Source: Calothrix sp. NIES-2100 (lineage in GTDB: Bacteria; Cyanobacteriota; Cyanobacteriia; Cyanobacteriales; Nostocaceae). From it: DNA of 64,000 nucleotides. Positions 19,567-31,579 of the stretch are shown in pieces. Both the position numbers and the translations under genes were made by a program. The notes below the pieces were generated by a model. That model saw only the letters and a list, made by a program, of their open reading frames with translations. It was not told the origin of the DNA and did not search any database. The stretch is from assembly GCA_002368195.1 (NCBI GenBank), contig AP018178.1:5145286-5209285 (forward strand). Reading direction: 5' to 3'. The first letter of the stretch is position 1; every line of letters starts with the position of its first letter.

Positions 19567-20463
19567 ATGAACTTAGATTCGCAAAATCTACTGGATGCAG
19601 AAGCAGGGATGTTTTCCCATATTCCCGTATTGAGTCGGGAGCTAATTGCAGGTTTAGAGGTGCATCCTGGTGGACATTATTTAGATGCAACGGTAGGTGG
19701 TGGTGGTCACACTCGCCTATTGTTAGAAGCGGCGTTGAATGTACAGGTAACAGCCATCGATCAAGATGGGGATGCTTTAGCCGCAGCACAAAAGTCTTTA
19801 GCTGCATATGAAGATCAAGTAAAGTTCATTCGTTGCAACTTTGCCGCTTATGAATTTACCAACGGTACTTTTGATGGTATAATAGCAGATTTAGGAGTTA
19901 GCTCTTACCATTTGGATACACCGGAGCGCGGTTTTAGCTTTCGCCACGCCGCTAGCTTAGATATGCGAATGGATCAAAGACAATCATTAACTGCGGCTGA
20001 TGTAATTAATGATTGGGATGAAGGAGAATTAGCAGAAATATTTTTTAAATACGGCGAGGAAAGATTATCGCGGCGCATTGCCAGACGCATTGTCGAACGG
20101 CGACCTTTACATACTACTGTGGAATTAGCTTCGGCGATCGCCTCCAGTGTGCCGCCAAAATATCGTTATGGCAGAATTCACCCAGCTACCAGGGTTTTTC
20201 AAGCACTGCGAATAGTAGTCAACGACGAGTTAAAATCCCTCGAAACCTTCTTGGAACAAGCACCAAACGCCCTTCTCCCTGGTGGGAGAATTGCGATTAT
20301 CAGTTTTCACAGCTTAGAAGATCGCTTGGTAAAACATGGGTTACGAAATTCCCCATCGTTGCGAGTTTTGACCAAAAAGCCAATTATAGCCGAAGAAGCA
20401 GAAATTGCGCAAAATCCGCGATCGCGCTCTGCCAAGCTGAGGATAGCACAGAGGAGCGAGTGA
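19567..20463 (+). CDS. rsmH: 16S rRNA (cytosine1402-N4)-methyltransferase
   Basis: HIPVL...[17 protein letters not shown]-binding motif and whole-length RsmH/MraW similarity. Start at ATG 19567 (track ORF starts earlier). Confidence 0.9.
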   Translation: MNLDSQNLLDAEAGMFSHIPVLSRELIAGLEVHPGGHYLDATVGGGGHTRLLLEAALNVQVTAIDQDGDALAAAQKSLAAYEDQVKFIRCNFAAYEFTNGTFDGIIADLGVSSYHLDTPERGFSFRHAASLDMRMDQRQSLTAADVINDWDEGELAEIFFKYGEERLSRRIARRIVERRPLHTTVELASAIASSVPPKYRYGRIHPATRVFQALRIVVNDELKSLETFLEQAPNALLPGGRIAIISFHSLEDRLVKHGLRNSPSLRVLTKKPIIAEEAEIAQNPRSRSAKLRIAQRSE

Positions 20464-20560
20464 GGGGATGAGGGGGATGGGGGCTAGGGGCTAAGGGAGA
20501 CAATGACAAATGACAACTGACAAATGACCATTGACCAATGACAATTGACTATTGACGAAT
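20461..20560. repeat. STRR block (GGGGATG / GGGGCTA / TGACAAA / TGACCAA heptamers)
   Basis: Read directly. Confidence 0.7.
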
Positions 20561-22036
20561 TAATTTAATTTTTTTTGGTAATTCGATGTGAAAGGTGGAG
20601 CCTTCACCGAGGTGGCTGGTGACACCGATTGTACCTTGCATCATTTTGACTAATGATTTGGTAATCGCTAGTCCCAAACCGATACCTTCATACTGACGAC
20701 TGTTACTTTGATCGACTTGTCGGAATTGCTCAAAAATACTCTCTAGGTGATCGGGCGCAATACCAATACCTGTATCTTGAACGGCGATCGCAATTCTGTC
20801 AACGGAAATTTCCCCAACTTTGACTTTGACCCTACCTGTGGCGGTGAATTTGATGGCGTTTAACAACAGCTTGGCTAATACCTGTCGCAGGCGATCGCTA
20901 TCATTGACCATCAATGGACAAGTAAGATTAATATCTACTTGCAAATCTAATAACTTTTCCTCGGCTAGAGAACGGTGTTCAGCAACGGTTGTTAAGACTA
21001 AAGTTTTTAAGTTAAATTCTTCTGGATGAAATGATACATTCCCCGCTGCGACATTAGCCAAGTCAAGCATATCTTCAATAATCGATAGTAAGTGATTACC
21101 ATTATTGAGAATGCGTTGCACCATTTCTATTTGTTGCTCGGACAAGGTGGAGGTACGCTGACGCAACAACACTTGTGATAACCCCAAAATTACATTTAGG
21201 GGAGTGCGGAGTTCATGGGAGGTGGTAGCTAAAAATTGTGACTTTAACTCTGCTGCTTCTAAAAGTTGCAAGTTTTGTTGCTGAATTTGCTGACGGATTT
21301 GTTCTAGTTCGTGATTTTGCGCTAACAAAATTTCGTTTTGTCTGGCTAAGCGTTCTTCCCGTTCCTGCAAAACTTGCAGCATCATCGTATTGTTAATTGC
21401 GATCGCCGCTACCTCACCCAATGCATCTAAAAGGTGCTGTGAAGCTGCATTAAAAGCATAAGGATTTTCCCAGTTACCAATAGCCAGCACTCCCAATCGT
21501 CCTGCTTGTGCTGATGTAATAGCTACAGCATACATGCAAGCGGGTGTGAAAGCTGAATATACTGGGGCGCAGGAAATTAAAGGACATAAGGGTAAGTCAT
21601 CAATAACGCAGTCTATCTGCTCCCTAGTTCCGTGAAATAGTTGGGATACACCAGTAGCAAATACCTGAGTTAGTAAACTTGAATTACTATGAAACGGCTG
21701 ATCACCACAGATGGATTTTTCAGGCCAATTCCAGAGGTTATCCTGAGTTCTAATATTGCCATTTAGTTGGATAAAAGGCAATTTTTCCGCACCTATTCCC
21801 GTTGTGCTGCTTAATTCTAACTGTTGCGTTTGGGTGTTATATAAGGATATTAGACAAAACTGAGCGCTATCAATCGCCTGACGCACTTCCCTAGCGATCG
21901 CTTCTAATAGATCGGGTAAATGGGTAAGTCGATCCTTTGTAAGGTTAGTTAGTAGCTGGAGTATCCCCAGTTGTTGAGGTAGTTGGGGAGCGATTGATTC
22001 TTTCCCCATATCGGTGTGCTGTCCAGTTAAAATCAT
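20549..22036 (-). CDS. GAF-domain sensor histidine kinase
   Basis: N-terminal GAF-like region, coiled coil, H-box SHELRTPLN, HATPase_c G-boxes (DTGIGI, GIGLGL). Confidence 0.85.
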   Translation of the reverse strand: MILTGQHTDMGKESIAPQLPQQLGILQLLTNLTKDRLTHLPDLLEAIAREVRQAIDSAQFCLISLYNTQTQQLELSSTTGIGAEKLPFIQLNGNIRTQDNLWNWPEKSICGDQPFHSNSSLLTQVFATGVSQLFHGTREQIDCVIDDLPLCPLISCAPVYSAFTPACMYAVAITSAQAGRLGVLAIGNWENPYAFNAASQHLLDALGEVAAIAINNTMMLQVLQEREERLARQNEILLAQNHELEQIRQQIQQQNLQLLEAAELKSQFLATTSHELRTPLNVILGLSQVLLRQRTSTLSEQQIEMVQRILNNGNHLLSIIEDMLDLANVAAGNVSFHPEEFNLKTLVLTTVAEHRSLAEEKLLDLQVDINLTCPLMVNDSDRLRQVLAKLLLNAIKFTATGRVKVKVGEISVDRIAIAVQDTGIGIAPDHLESIFEQFRQVDQSNSRQYEGIGLGLAITKSLVKMMQGTIGVTSHLGEGSTFHIELPKKIKLIRQ

Positions 22037-23351
22037 GTTTACCTAACGACGTTCCATATCCGTTGGTGTTGCTTTCTATTAGCGACTTCAGCCCACAAAC
22101 TGCTACCACAAATTTTTCCTCATTCCGGCTGGATTTACTTGTGGCAAAGTTTGGATCATATCTACTTTGCAGACACACAACGGCTGATCCTTAGAAATCT
22201 TTGCTTTACATACCCTGGCTACTGACAATTGCATTGATCAACCAGATTTTTGCCATATAATTGCGTTTTCTAGCCTTTACTGCATCGGCGTTCACCAATA
22301 AGTTTCTCAAACTTCTTTCTCTTGGAATTATTTTATCAGCTTATTTCAATGCATACACTAGTTTTTTGTCCGTGATTATACTGGTTTTTTTATTGATTTT
22401 TCTTGATACTTTATCCAAAAAGGGTTTCATTTTTTGTAAAGTATTTAACCATAAATATATTAATTTTTTTATCAAATTTAACTTGAATTGCCATGACAAA
22501 TTTGTATATTAAAACGGCATAATATAGGGAGATAATTTTATGTATAAATTCCCCAAATATAGGCAGATATTAGGATATAAGTGAGCTATTAGCTCTTAAT
22601 CTCACTCTATTATTACTAATTAGCGCCACCTATACATGAAACACCAGGTTATTTTTAATTCTTTAAAGAGATAACAATTCACAGGATATGTAATGCATTT
22701 TGTTAATTTTTTAGCAGTAATACATAATATAATTTATGCCTGAGTCAAATGTTTAAAGTTTTGTTATTTAAACAATCCGCAATTTTAAAATTTTTACAAA
22801 TTTACCATTAATAATAAAACATAGACTTTGATTTTTATGCAATAGAGAAAATATAATTGTGAATATTCTCAATTAATTATCTCTTTTGATGTCTGGAGCA
22901 ATAGGCAACAACTAAGTTTTTGCAAAAAACCGCATCACAAAACTACCTCACTGACTTGGAGGTAAATAATAATATCTTTGAGCAGATTGCTATTTTGCAC
23001 CCAACTCCAGGTGGTTAAGTGCCGATGTATCTAATTTGTATATCTCGGCTGAGACTGAGCTTTTTGTAACATAAGAGGCTGGGCGGGGGTCAAGACCTCC
23101 TAGGGGTATAACACCCTACCAATTTAAACAGCACTCTAACCCGCTTTATACAAGGGATTATCAGTGAAAGCGATCGCTCAATCCGGAAATAAACAACTAA
23201 ATTTATATAATTTCTTCATTATTAGAGAGTTCAAAAATAAGCTCTAGTTGAGAATTTATCCAGGTGTCAATGGTTATTTCTTCCCCAGATTTCTTATCCC
23301 CCTTTTTCCCTAATCCCTGGTGGTTTTAAGGATTAATGTTGCTAAGTTGCA

Positions 23352-23384
23352 AGATCCCCGACTTCTTCAAGAAATCGGGGATCT
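23352..23384. repeat. Dispersed palindromic element AGATCCCCGACTTCTTCAAGAAATCGGGGATCT (copy 2 of 3)
   Basis: Same element as 2868-2900 and 40848-40880. Confidence 0.8.
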
Positions 23385-23696
23385 GAGCAACTCCAAGCAT
23401 TCAAAATTAATGCGATAGACCAATAGTGTAGGTACACAGGAATGCTCATAGATGTCAACTTAACGTGAAACCCTTGCCAGGATGTGATTTGATACAAAAT
23501 CACGTACCACCAAGATCCGCGCTACCCCACCCCAGTTTTGTCTAAAAGCCAAAACGTCCCCTCCCCGCAAGCGGGGAGGGGATTAAGGGGTGGGGTAAAA
23601 TGCCTGTGGAATAAGCGTTTTGACTTAAGTTGACACCAATGAGGAATGCTTTGTCCCTACACTAGATGGGGTTCAAATAGGCGAAAACTACTGTAA

Positions 23697-25319
23697 TTAT
23701 TCCCACTCGATGGTTCCAGGTGGCTTGGAGGTGATATCGTAAACCACCCGATTCACACCTTTAACCTCGTTGACAATTCGGTTAGAAATTACTTCCAACA
23801 CATCGTAAGGTACACGCGCCCAGTCAGCAGTCATACCATCTTCGCTGGTGACAATCCGCAAAACGATGGGGTAGGCGTAGGTACGTTGATCGCCCATGAC
23901 ACCGACACTACGAATGGGTAGCAATACGGCGAATGCTTGCCAAACATCATGATACAAGCCGCGTTGGTTAATTTCTTGCCGGACAATCAAATCCGCATCG
24001 CGTAAAATATTCAACCTATCAGCGGTGACTTCACCGAGAATGCGAATCGCTAAACCGGGGCCGGGGAAAGGTTGGCGTTGAACGATTTCTTCTGGTAAGC
24101 CAATAGAACGCCCGACTTTGCGGACTTCATCTTTAAACAGTTTCCGCAGTGGTTCTATAAGTTTAAATCTTAGGTCTTTGGGTAGTCCACCAACGTTGTG
24201 ATGACTCTTGATTTTCACAGCTACCCGTTCACCGGTTTGGGGATCGACGTTGGTATCTGCTGATTCAATCACATCTGGATACAGTGTACCTTGAGCTAGA
24301 TAGTCAAAATGACCGAGGCGTTTAGAGGTTTCTTCAAATACACTAATAAATTCATGACCGATGCGACGACGCTTTTCTTCGGGGTCGGTGACACCAAGCA
24401 TCATATTCAGGAAGCGATCGCGGGCATTGACATACTCTACCGGAATATGAAACTGTTCTTGGAATAGCTTGACCAATCTTTCTGGCTCATACTTTCGCAT
24501 AAAGCCTTGATCTATAAATACACAAGTTAGCTGATCGCCAATGGCTTTATGGAGTAAGAAAGCCAGGGTAGAAGAATCGACTCCGCCTGACAGAGCTAAT
24601 AACACACGCTTATCACCGACTCTAGCGCGAATTTCCCGCACTGCTTCCTCCACAAAAGCGGCTGTTGTCCAGGTGGGTTCGCACTCGCAGATATGATAAA
24701 CAAAGTTGCGGATTAAAGCCAATCCTCCCAGAGAATGGACTACTTCTGGATGGAACTGTACACCATAAAGTTTCTTCTCATGATCGGCGATCGCTGCACA
24801 AGGGGTATTTTCTGTATGTGCTAACAATTCAAATCCTGATGGCATTTTTGTTACAGAGTCGCCATGACTCATCCACATCGTCGTGCCATCTTCGACGTTA
24901 GTCAGCAAGTCTGTGGGATCATCTATATATAGTGAGGCTTTACCATACTCACCGCGATCGGCCTTTGCTACTTCCCCACCCAGCTGATTGACCATCAGTT
25001 GCATACCATAGCACACACCCAGAATGGGGATTCCCAAATTCCAAATTTCTGGGTCACAATGGGGAGCTTTTTCTCCATAAACTGAACTAGGACCACCAGA
25101 GAGGATAATTCCTTTGGGATTAAGTTGCCGTAAATGCTCAGCTGTCGTACGATAGGACAGGACTTCAGAGTATACTTGGGTCTCGCGGATGCGACGGGCA
25201 ATTAGCTCAGAATACTGAGAACCGAAGTCGAGGATCACAATTATTTGGCGATTGAGCCTTCCCCAATTCTCTGTGACTTGGGGTGCTTGTTCAGTTAGTA
25301 GAGTCACCGCTGTATTCAT
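23697..25319 (-). CDS. guaA: GMP synthase (glutamine-hydrolysing)
   Basis: GATase class I N-terminal domain ([16 protein letters not shown]), ATP-PPase SGGVDSS motif, C-terminal ...PPGTIEWE. Confidence 0.95.
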   Translation of the reverse strand: MNTAVTLLTEQAPQVTENWGRLNRQIIVILDFGSQYSELIARRIRETQVYSEVLSYRTTAEHLRQLNPKGIILSGGPSSVYGEKAPHCDPEIWNLGIPILGVCYGMQLMVNQLGGEVAKADRGEYGKASLYIDDPTDLLTNVEDGTTMWMSHGDSVTKMPSGFELLAHTENTPCAAIADHEKKLYGVQFHPEVVHSLGGLALIRNFVYHICECEPTWTTAAFVEEAVREIRARVGDKRVLLALSGGVDSSTLAFLLHKAIGDQLTCVFIDQGFMRKYEPERLVKLFQEQFHIPVEYVNARDRFLNMMLGVTDPEEKRRRIGHEFISVFEETSKRLGHFDYLAQGTLYPDVIESADTNVDPQTGERVAVKIKSHHNVGGLPKDLRFKLIEPLRKLFKDEVRKVGRSIGLPEEIVQRQPFPGPGLAIRILGEVTADRLNILRDADLIVRQEINQRGLYHDVWQAFAVLLPIRSVGVMGDQRTYAYPIVLRIVTSEDGMTADWARVPYDVLEVISNRIVNEVKGVNRVVYDITSKPPGTIEWE

Positions 25320-25547
25320 GATGGCAAGAGAGTGTGTGTTAGGATAGATGGTCGCTCTGTGGTCTAAGTGCTACCATTTTTTGGGCTGATTCAGCTTAAT
25401 AATGGTAAATAAATCCCCTACAAACGCGCTTGTTAAACGCGTCAGTTTAGCCTCGGAATCTGGACTGGTATTAAAAAGACAAAATTACCCTAGAGTTGCT
25501 GCTGAAAAACTTATTTATTGGGATTATTTATGATTATTCATATTAAG

Positions 25548-26669
25548 TTAACATAATTTTCCGGATATCATACAAGCAGTTTTGCTCTTCACGATAATTT
25601 TGCGATCGCGGTCAAATAGTACCGAACCACAGACTGTGGTGGAGATACCAGTATTGCTATGATTTTGGATATATTCTTGGGAACGCTCATCAATTGCTTC
25701 GGCGATCGCATTATAAACTTGGTTTACCCAATCACTACCTGTTGTCGCATCTATAGATCTCAGGTATGTTAGTGCGGCTTCCGCCGTGGGACTTTCAAAC
25801 ACGACTTGGATATCTGATTGCTTTAATCCCGCTAAACTACAGTAAGTAGTGAGAATTTCTCGACGACCATCGGCAAGGTGATGATGGGTATGAAAGATTC
25901 CCCCTGCCAATTTCATCAGTTTTCCATGATACCCGAACAATAAGATTTCTTTAACACCGAGAATATCAGCTTCTACTAACATTGGCCCCAGCCAATTAGC
26001 AGTTTTGACTAATCTTTCCGGATTAATACCGATTTTTCGCGCTAAATCTAACCCATTTTCACCAATACAAAATACCAAGCTATCAAATTGACTGGCTTTT
26101 TGTTGTAAGTCAGTACGGAAAGCTGTGAGTTGTTCTGGTGTACTTAAAGGTTGGGAAATTCCCGAAGTTCCCAAAAGCGAAAGTCCTTCAACTACACCAA
26201 AAGCAGCGTTAGAAGTGCGAACAGCGAGCGATCGCCCTTCTGGTAAAATAATTGTGACTGTAATTCTTTGGTTTGGTGCTAGCAGTCGCCGTAAGTTCTC
26301 TTGCAAGAGCCTCTGGGCATAAGCGTAAATAGCCGCTTTACCCTCACCATTCTCCTGCTTACCAATCCCCTCTCCCCCTTGAATAATTACCGCTTCCCCT
26401 TCTCCCTCCAGCCATTCCACCATTGCCCAAATTGGTGTATTTTTAGTCAGATCCAGATTATCACCAGGATCGCTGCGGGTAATTGCCAAAGCCAGATTTT
26501 CAGATAACCCTGCTACCTGTTCAATGGGGATTTCCGCCACTTGGGCTGGTTCAATTAAATCTACGGTTACTACTGTTAAGGGTTGACGATAGCGTAACCA
26601 GTGTAAAGCCGCGATCGCAGAAGCACAAGCAAAAACGGGAAGAGTGTATCCAGAACGGGAAATTGTCAT
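25548..26669 (-). CDS. cbiD: Cobalt-precorrin-5B (C1)-methyltransferase
   Basis: MTISRSGYTLPVFACASAIAAL... CbiD family N-terminus and length (373 aa). Confidence 0.85.
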   Translation of the reverse strand: MTISRSGYTLPVFACASAIAALHWLRYRQPLTVVTVDLIEPAQVAEIPIEQVAGLSENLALAITRSDPGDNLDLTKNTPIWAMVEWLEGEGEAVIIQGGEGIGKQENGEGKAAIYAYAQRLLQENLRRLLAPNQRITVTIILPEGRSLAVRTSNAAFGVVEGLSLLGTSGISQPLSTPEQLTAFRTDLQQKASQFDSLVFCIGENGLDLARKIGINPERLVKTANWLGPMLVEADILGVKEILLFGYHGKLMKLAGGIFHTHHHLADGRREILTTYCSLAGLKQSDIQVVFESPTAEAALTYLRSIDATTGSDWVNQVYNAIAEAIDERSQEYIQNHSNTGISTTVCGSVLFDRDRKIIVKSKTACMISGKLC

Positions 26670-26800
26670 TTGTCAGTTGTCATTGGGCATGGGGCTATTG
26701 GGCATTGGGCAATAGTCATTTATTATTTCTCTTTATCCCCTCTGCCCCTCTGCTTCCTTGTCTCCCTTGTCTTCCTCATCCCCTTATCCCCAATGTCTTT
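26670..26800. repeat. STRR block (TTGTCAG, ATTGGGC, then C-rich octamers)
   Basis: Read directly; spurious ORFs 26483..26827 and 26670..26873 lie in it. Confidence 0.7.
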
Positions 26801-26809
26801 GCTGGCTAC

Positions 26810-27106
26810 TCACACTCCTACTTTTAATAATAGAGCTTCCATGTCTTCCCACAATAATCCTTGTTGGATATAAAGAGGCGCTTCAGGATCGTAAGGAGTC
26901 GCTACTCGATCAATACTGATAATTTTAGCTCCATCTGGCAGCACGGGTACATCTGGATCAAATGCTGTTGGGCGCACTAAGGAACTAGAAAAGCCCTTAA
27001 ATATAGCAATTGTATCTTCTTCGCTACCAACTGCCACGTTGACAATTAAGACTTCTTGGGGGCGTTTGACAGTATATTGTTCCAGTCGCTTGCCAATGGA
27101 ATTCAT
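26810..27106 (-). CDS. Conserved hypothetical protein (98 aa)
   Basis: Clean ORF with good codon usage; no motif recognised. Confidence 0.4.
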   Translation of the reverse strand: MNSIGKRLEQYTVKRPQEVLIVNVAVGSEEDTIAIFKGFSSSLVRPTAFDPDVPVLPDGAKIISIDRVATPYDPEAPLYIQQGLLWEDMEALLLKVGV

Positions 27107-27155
27107 TTTTTTGAATAGAGAATTTGTAGACGACTGTGGGCTATTTTCAATAGGA

Positions 27156-27779
27156 TCACTGTAGGGTGGCGGAACGTCCCTGCTTACCTAGTTTAATTAA
27201 GACAAAGTAGCTCAAGTAAAGCACGTAAAAGATTAAGCCCATGATGCCAAGAAAGCCGAGAAATGCAGGCTTACTATTGGCATGAAAATATTCTTTAAAT
27301 AGCAATGGGGCTTCTAACCAAACGCGACAATAGGGAGTTTTGAGTGCAGTGGCAGAAAAAGCACAACCCAAAAAAGGTAAGAAAGCTATGGTACCTAAAA
27401 TCCCATATATAGTCATAGCCCAACGCCAAGAAGTTAAAATTAGTTTTAACGTCCCGCTAGCTTGATACTCGATTTCATCATTTAGATCTACCCAGAACCA
27501 CAAAGAAATGGGGATCAAGATGCGACCTATCAATCCAGAGAGAAAACTTACCCCAAAACCACCAATCATTAAATAAACGGTAATTGTCAATAAACTCGAT
27601 ACTCGCCAGTAAATTGTTAATAAGCGTTGTACTCCTTCGGCTTTTTGTACAAATGCCCAAATTAGAAGAATTAGGGGAATAATCACCATAAATATCAGCG
27701 CCAGTCTGTAGTCAAGCCACACAAATTGGCGAAACCAAACATCATTTTCCATAGTTTTTAGTTTTTGGTACTCCCTCAT
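27156..27779 (-). CDS. Hypothetical polytopic membrane protein
   Basis: 207 aa with 5-6 hydrophobic helices. Confidence 0.5.
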   Translation of the reverse strand: MREYQKLKTMENDVWFRQFVWLDYRLALIFMVIIPLILLIWAFVQKAEGVQRLLTIYWRVSSLLTITVYLMIGGFGVSFLSGLIGRILIPISLWFWVDLNDEIEYQASGTLKLILTSWRWAMTIYGILGTIAFLPFLGCAFSATALKTPYCRVWLEAPLLFKEYFHANSKPAFLGFLGIMGLIFYVLYLSYFVLIKLGKQGRSATLQ

Positions 27780-28112
27780 GGGATACTTAACAGCTACTAG
27801 CTAGCTAATAGCCGTTACATGATAGCTAACAGTTTACATAAAACCAACAATTTCGATACTAGATAAAGCTAATTCTTTTGATATTGATAAGTTTTAACAT
27901 TCTTAATCGCTGTCGTTAGGGCAACGCAGACAATGTAAAATATTGTTCCACACGAAAAAAAGCTGGAAAATGCTTCGCTACAGTAGCTTTAGCTTTTAGC
28001 CACACCTCCCATTTCTCATGGGAGGTGTGGCTAGAAGTCTTGGCTCACTTTTAGTCAAATCGATCCTGCTTACTTGCCTAGCAGACAAAAAGCAAGTTTA
28101 GCAATTCCATTT

Positions 28113-28334
28113 TCAGTCATCGTAAACCCGGCATTCAACTGCGTCTGGATTGTCATCACAGTATTTTTCTAAAGAATTTTTTGGCTTACTTTGGCGCTGA
28201 TGAGAGGCTTCAGCTTGCAATTCTTCAACTGCATCCCAAGCCGCAGCACATTCAGCCGAGTTGCTACCTGTAATGTCACAGACAGCACGAGCTTGTTCAA
28301 CTTCTTCTTGGATTTTTTCTTGGATGTCGCTCAT
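28113..28334 (-). CDS. cp12: Calvin-cycle regulator CP12
   Basis: 73 aa, AWDAVEEL core motif, N-terminal (CDITGSNSAEC) and C-terminal (CDDNPDAVEC) cysteine pairs. Confidence 0.85.
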   Translation of the reverse strand: MSDIQEKIQEEVEQARAVCDITGSNSAECAAAWDAVEELQAEASHQRQSKPKNSLEKYCDDNPDAVECRVYDD

Positions 28335-28714
28335 AGCTTTAGTTTCGTTGTGTGGTGTTAATACCAGTATAGAAAAATCTCAAAAATGACGGTTTTTGGG
28401 TGTATCGTTCACCATTCTAACCACTTAGCTGTTAAGTTAGTGTTTTAGTCTGATGATATATAACTAATACAATAAACGATGGCATATGTACTAAATCTAT
28501 TTTTATCTTTGAAGATTTTGTAGAGTCGGTACTACAAAAGTATAATCATACAATATATTTAATAAATCTAGTAGGGAATCAAAACCCTAGCTGCCTGGGA
28601 TAGACAGGTTACTGAGAACAGAGAAATTAAATCGGGGTCAACTCTTGTCGCATAGAATTCTACCCAGGAGCAAAAGTCAACAACAGCCCAACTCCAGAAA
28701 GAAGCCTAAAACTC

Positions 28715-29947
28715 ATGGCAGATCAAATGCAATGGACAAATGCCCTGTCAACCCGTCCTTCTTTAGAAGCAGCTATTACAGATGTGGTAGAACGGGCTGT
28801 CTCATCGTTAACAGCACCACCAGATCTTGGGCTAGTATTCATTTCCTCTGCATTTGCTAGCGAGTATTCCCGGCTGTTACCTTTGCTGGCTGAGAAACTT
28901 TCCGTACCTATACTTATTGGCTGTAGTGGCGGTGGTGTGGTTGGCACCACAACTAAGGGACAAACTCAAGAACTGGAAGCAGAAGCAGCCTTAAGCCTGA
29001 CTTTGGCACATCTACCAGGGGTGGATCTCAAAGTCTTTCATGTGCTGGCTGAAGAATTACCTGACTTGGATAGCTCACCAGATGCTTGGATTGATTTGAT
29101 TGGCGTACCACCATCACCAACACCCCAGTTTATCTTGCTGTGTGGTTCCTTTGCTTCGGGAATTAACGATTTATTGCAGGGGCTAGATTTTGCTTATCCT
29201 GGATCGGTAACGGTGGGAGGACAGGCTAGCGCTGGCTCTATGAGTGGTCGCATGGCTCTGTTTTGTAACGATCGCCTGTATCGCGAAGGCACAGTAGGAT
29301 TGGCTTTGAGTGGCAATATTGTCTTAGAAACCATCGTGGCTCAAGGATGCCGACCAATTGGCTCTCCGATGCAAGTCACCAAAGCCGAACGCAATATCAT
29401 CTTAGAACTAGATGAGCAAGTACCGTTAATGATATTGCGGGAACTAATTGCCAATCTCAGCGAACAAGAGCGGATTTTAGCCCAACATTCTCTGTTTGTG
29501 GGGGTAGCAATGGATGGATTTAAGCCTTCTTTGCAGCAGGGAGACTTTTTAATTCGCGGTATTTTGGGCGTAGATCCAACAGCCGGTGCGATCGCAATTG
29601 GCGATCGCGTGCGTCCCGGTCAACGCCTGCAATTTCACCTGCGCGATGCTGAAGCTTCCGCAGAAGATTTAGAATTTCTCCTCCAACAGTATCAAAACCG
29701 ACCAGCAGCTTCAGTTGCTGCCGCAGGTGCTTTAATGTTTTCCTGTGTGGGACGTGGCGAAGGACTCTACGGCAAACCTAATTTTGATTCTGAGCTATTT
29801 AGGCGCTACATCAAAGATATCCCGGTCGGAGGTTTTTTCTGTAACGGCGAAATTGGCCCTGTTGCTGGTAGCACATTTTTACATGGTTACACCTCAGTAT
29901 TTGGCATTTGCCGCGCATTGGATAAAGAAGGTGAGAAGATGGGGTAA
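28715..29947 (+). CDS. FIST-domain (N+C) signalling protein candidate
   Basis: About 410 aa soluble protein with the layout of FIST_N/FIST_C proteins; assignment from overall pattern only. Confidence 0.45.
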   Translation: MADQMQWTNALSTRPSLEAAITDVVERAVSSLTAPPDLGLVFISSAFASEYSRLLPLLAEKLSVPILIGCSGGGVVGTTTKGQTQELEAEAALSLTLAHLPGVDLKVFHVLAEELPDLDSSPDAWIDLIGVPPSPTPQFILLCGSFASGINDLLQGLDFAYPGSVTVGGQASAGSMSGRMALFCNDRLYREGTVGLALSGNIVLETIVAQGCRPIGSPMQVTKAERNIILELDEQVPLMILRELIANLSEQERILAQHSLFVGVAMDGFKPSLQQGDFLIRGILGVDPTAGAIAIGDRVRPGQRLQFHLRDAEASAEDLEFLLQQYQNRPAASVAAAGALMFSCVGRGEGLYGKPNFDSELFRRYIKDIPVGGFFCNGEIGPVAGSTFLHGYTSVFGICRALDKEGEKMG

Positions 29948-30062
29948 TGGGCATGGGGCATAAGTCATTTCTGATTTATCTTTTTTGTCCTCCTTGTCCC
30001 CCTCATTCCCCGCGTCCCCCCATCTCCGCGTCCCCGCGTCCTCCTCATCCCCCCGTCTTCTC
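29946..30062. repeat. STRR block (ATGGGGC/ATGGGCA then C-rich octamers)
   Basis: Read directly; spurious ORF 29947..30138 lies in it. Confidence 0.7.
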
Positions 30063-31208
30063 TAGCAAGATGGTGCTGTTGTTGTCAATGAAAGTTGGAG
30101 TACCACCGGTGGCGATCGCACCATATTTTTGGATATAGCGACGCACTTTGCTGGGAAATTGGGGAAAATCTAATAATGCATCCCCATTGGCAATGGTTGC
30201 CCAAAAATCACGCAAACTCGGCGCTAGTTCTTCTGCTTGCTGAGTTGGTAAGTTTAATGGCGGTAGAGTTAATAATTTCATCAAGAAGGGAAAAGAGCGA
30301 TCGCCCATCCATTGTCTAGACAGCTTTTGCAAATTGGGAAAATCTGGTACTGACTCGACACGATGTGACAAAATTTGCAGCCATTGCCTGCCGAGATGAT
30401 CGCTGTGATACTCCAACACCCTGTAAGGATGGGGATAACTGACTAAGGAACCAGTAGTTATATCGTATACCCCTCCTGAATGGGCAACATCCTGAACATG
30501 TAAATGTCCTGTGAATACTAAATTAACTCCATAGTGCTGTAGCAACTGTACGAGTTCCCGCGCGTTTTCCAACATATAGCGATTTGCCATTGGATGGCAG
30601 GATTGATTAGGCAGATGTTCAACCACATTGTGATGCACCATAACCAACACTAATTCATTCGTGGTTGCTGCTAGCACTTCTTCTAACCAACGGAACTGTT
30701 GATTATCCAAACGCCCTATCTGTTGACCTTGGTCATTAAAATTGTTGGAATTTAGCCCAATCAGCCTAACTCCAGGCAGTAATTGACTAGTGTAGTAAAG
30801 TTGATTTGGATTTTCATAACCAAACTTGTGGTAATAGTTAGGAAAATCAGCAAAAGCGATCGACTGCTGATCTGCCATTAGTACGGGAACATCATGATTA
30901 CCAGGGACGACATATACAGGAAAAGGTAACTTCGCTAAACGTTGTTGCAACCAAGCGTGATTATCTGGTTCGCCATGTTGGGTTAAGTCTCCTGGGAGGA
31001 GAACAAAATCTAAATCGAGTTGTGTTAAATGTTCTAATACACTTTCAAAAGCTGGGATGCTGACCTCCACTAAATGAAATCGGCTGGGATGATCCCAGAT
31101 AGTGTGGGGAAGCGCGATGTGTAAATCACTAACTATGGCAAAACGAAAATTTAGAGCCATTGATTTCAGGATACTTTTAAAAGTAGGGTTAAAACAAGCC
31201 TTTTCCAA
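30045..31208 (-). CDS. Calcineurin-like metallophosphoesterase
   Basis: Motifs D-x-H (VSDLHIA), GDLTQHGE, VPGNHD, GHLH. Confidence 0.75.
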   Translation of the reverse strand: MEKACFNPTFKSILKSMALNFRFAIVSDLHIALPHTIWDHPSRFHLVEVSIPAFESVLEHLTQLDLDFVLLPGDLTQHGEPDNHAWLQQRLAKLPFPVYVVPGNHDVPVLMADQQSIAFADFPNYYHKFGYENPNQLYYTSQLLPGVRLIGLNSNNFNDQGQQIGRLDNQQFRWLEEVLAATTNELVLVMVHHNVVEHLPNQSCHPMANRYMLENARELVQLLQHYGVNLVFTGHLHVQDVAHSGGVYDITTGSLVSYPHPYRVLEYHSDHLGRQWLQILSHRVESVPDFPNLQKLSRQWMGDRSFPFLMKLLTLPPLNLPTQQAEELAPSLRDFWATIANGDALLDFPQFPSKVRRYIQKYGAIATGGTPTFIDNNSTILLEKTGG

Positions 31209-31579
31209 AGAGTATAACTCTTGCTTTGTAACCCTGGGCAGGATCGCTTTTGCTTAACATTTATACACATTAAGCTCTTGTGATCCCGACATAAAAATAT
31301 CTGAAAAATTTAGCAGCTATACCTTGAGACATATGATGTTGGTCATAGATGTTTATTTATAGTCGGCAGGCTCACATCTGGCATTAGTGACTCTATGGCA
31401 AGTTTTGTATAGTTAGCAATATTTATCGAACAAGTAAAAAATTCCCAGGCATTCATACACAAGAAATACTGAATATTTTTTGTTTTTCCTGGTTAAGGTG
31501 TCTGCATTGCCCTAACTAAAGCTATTGAGAATGGTGTAAAATATTAGATCCTATATTGTGACGTCAAGGAGAGTCTATT

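Noticed and set aside
22261-22512. 83-aa F/I/L-rich ORF in the AT-rich intergenic region
   Set aside because: Extreme AT bias produces hydrophobic low-complexity translation; no RBS or start context.
26483-26873. ORFs 26483..26827 and 26670..26873
   Set aside because: They span an STRR block and the cbiD start region on the opposite strand; composition-driven.
29947-30138. ORF 29947..30138 (CPPCPPHSPRPP)
   Set aside because: C-rich repeat translation overlapping the 3' end of the metallophosphoesterase gene.
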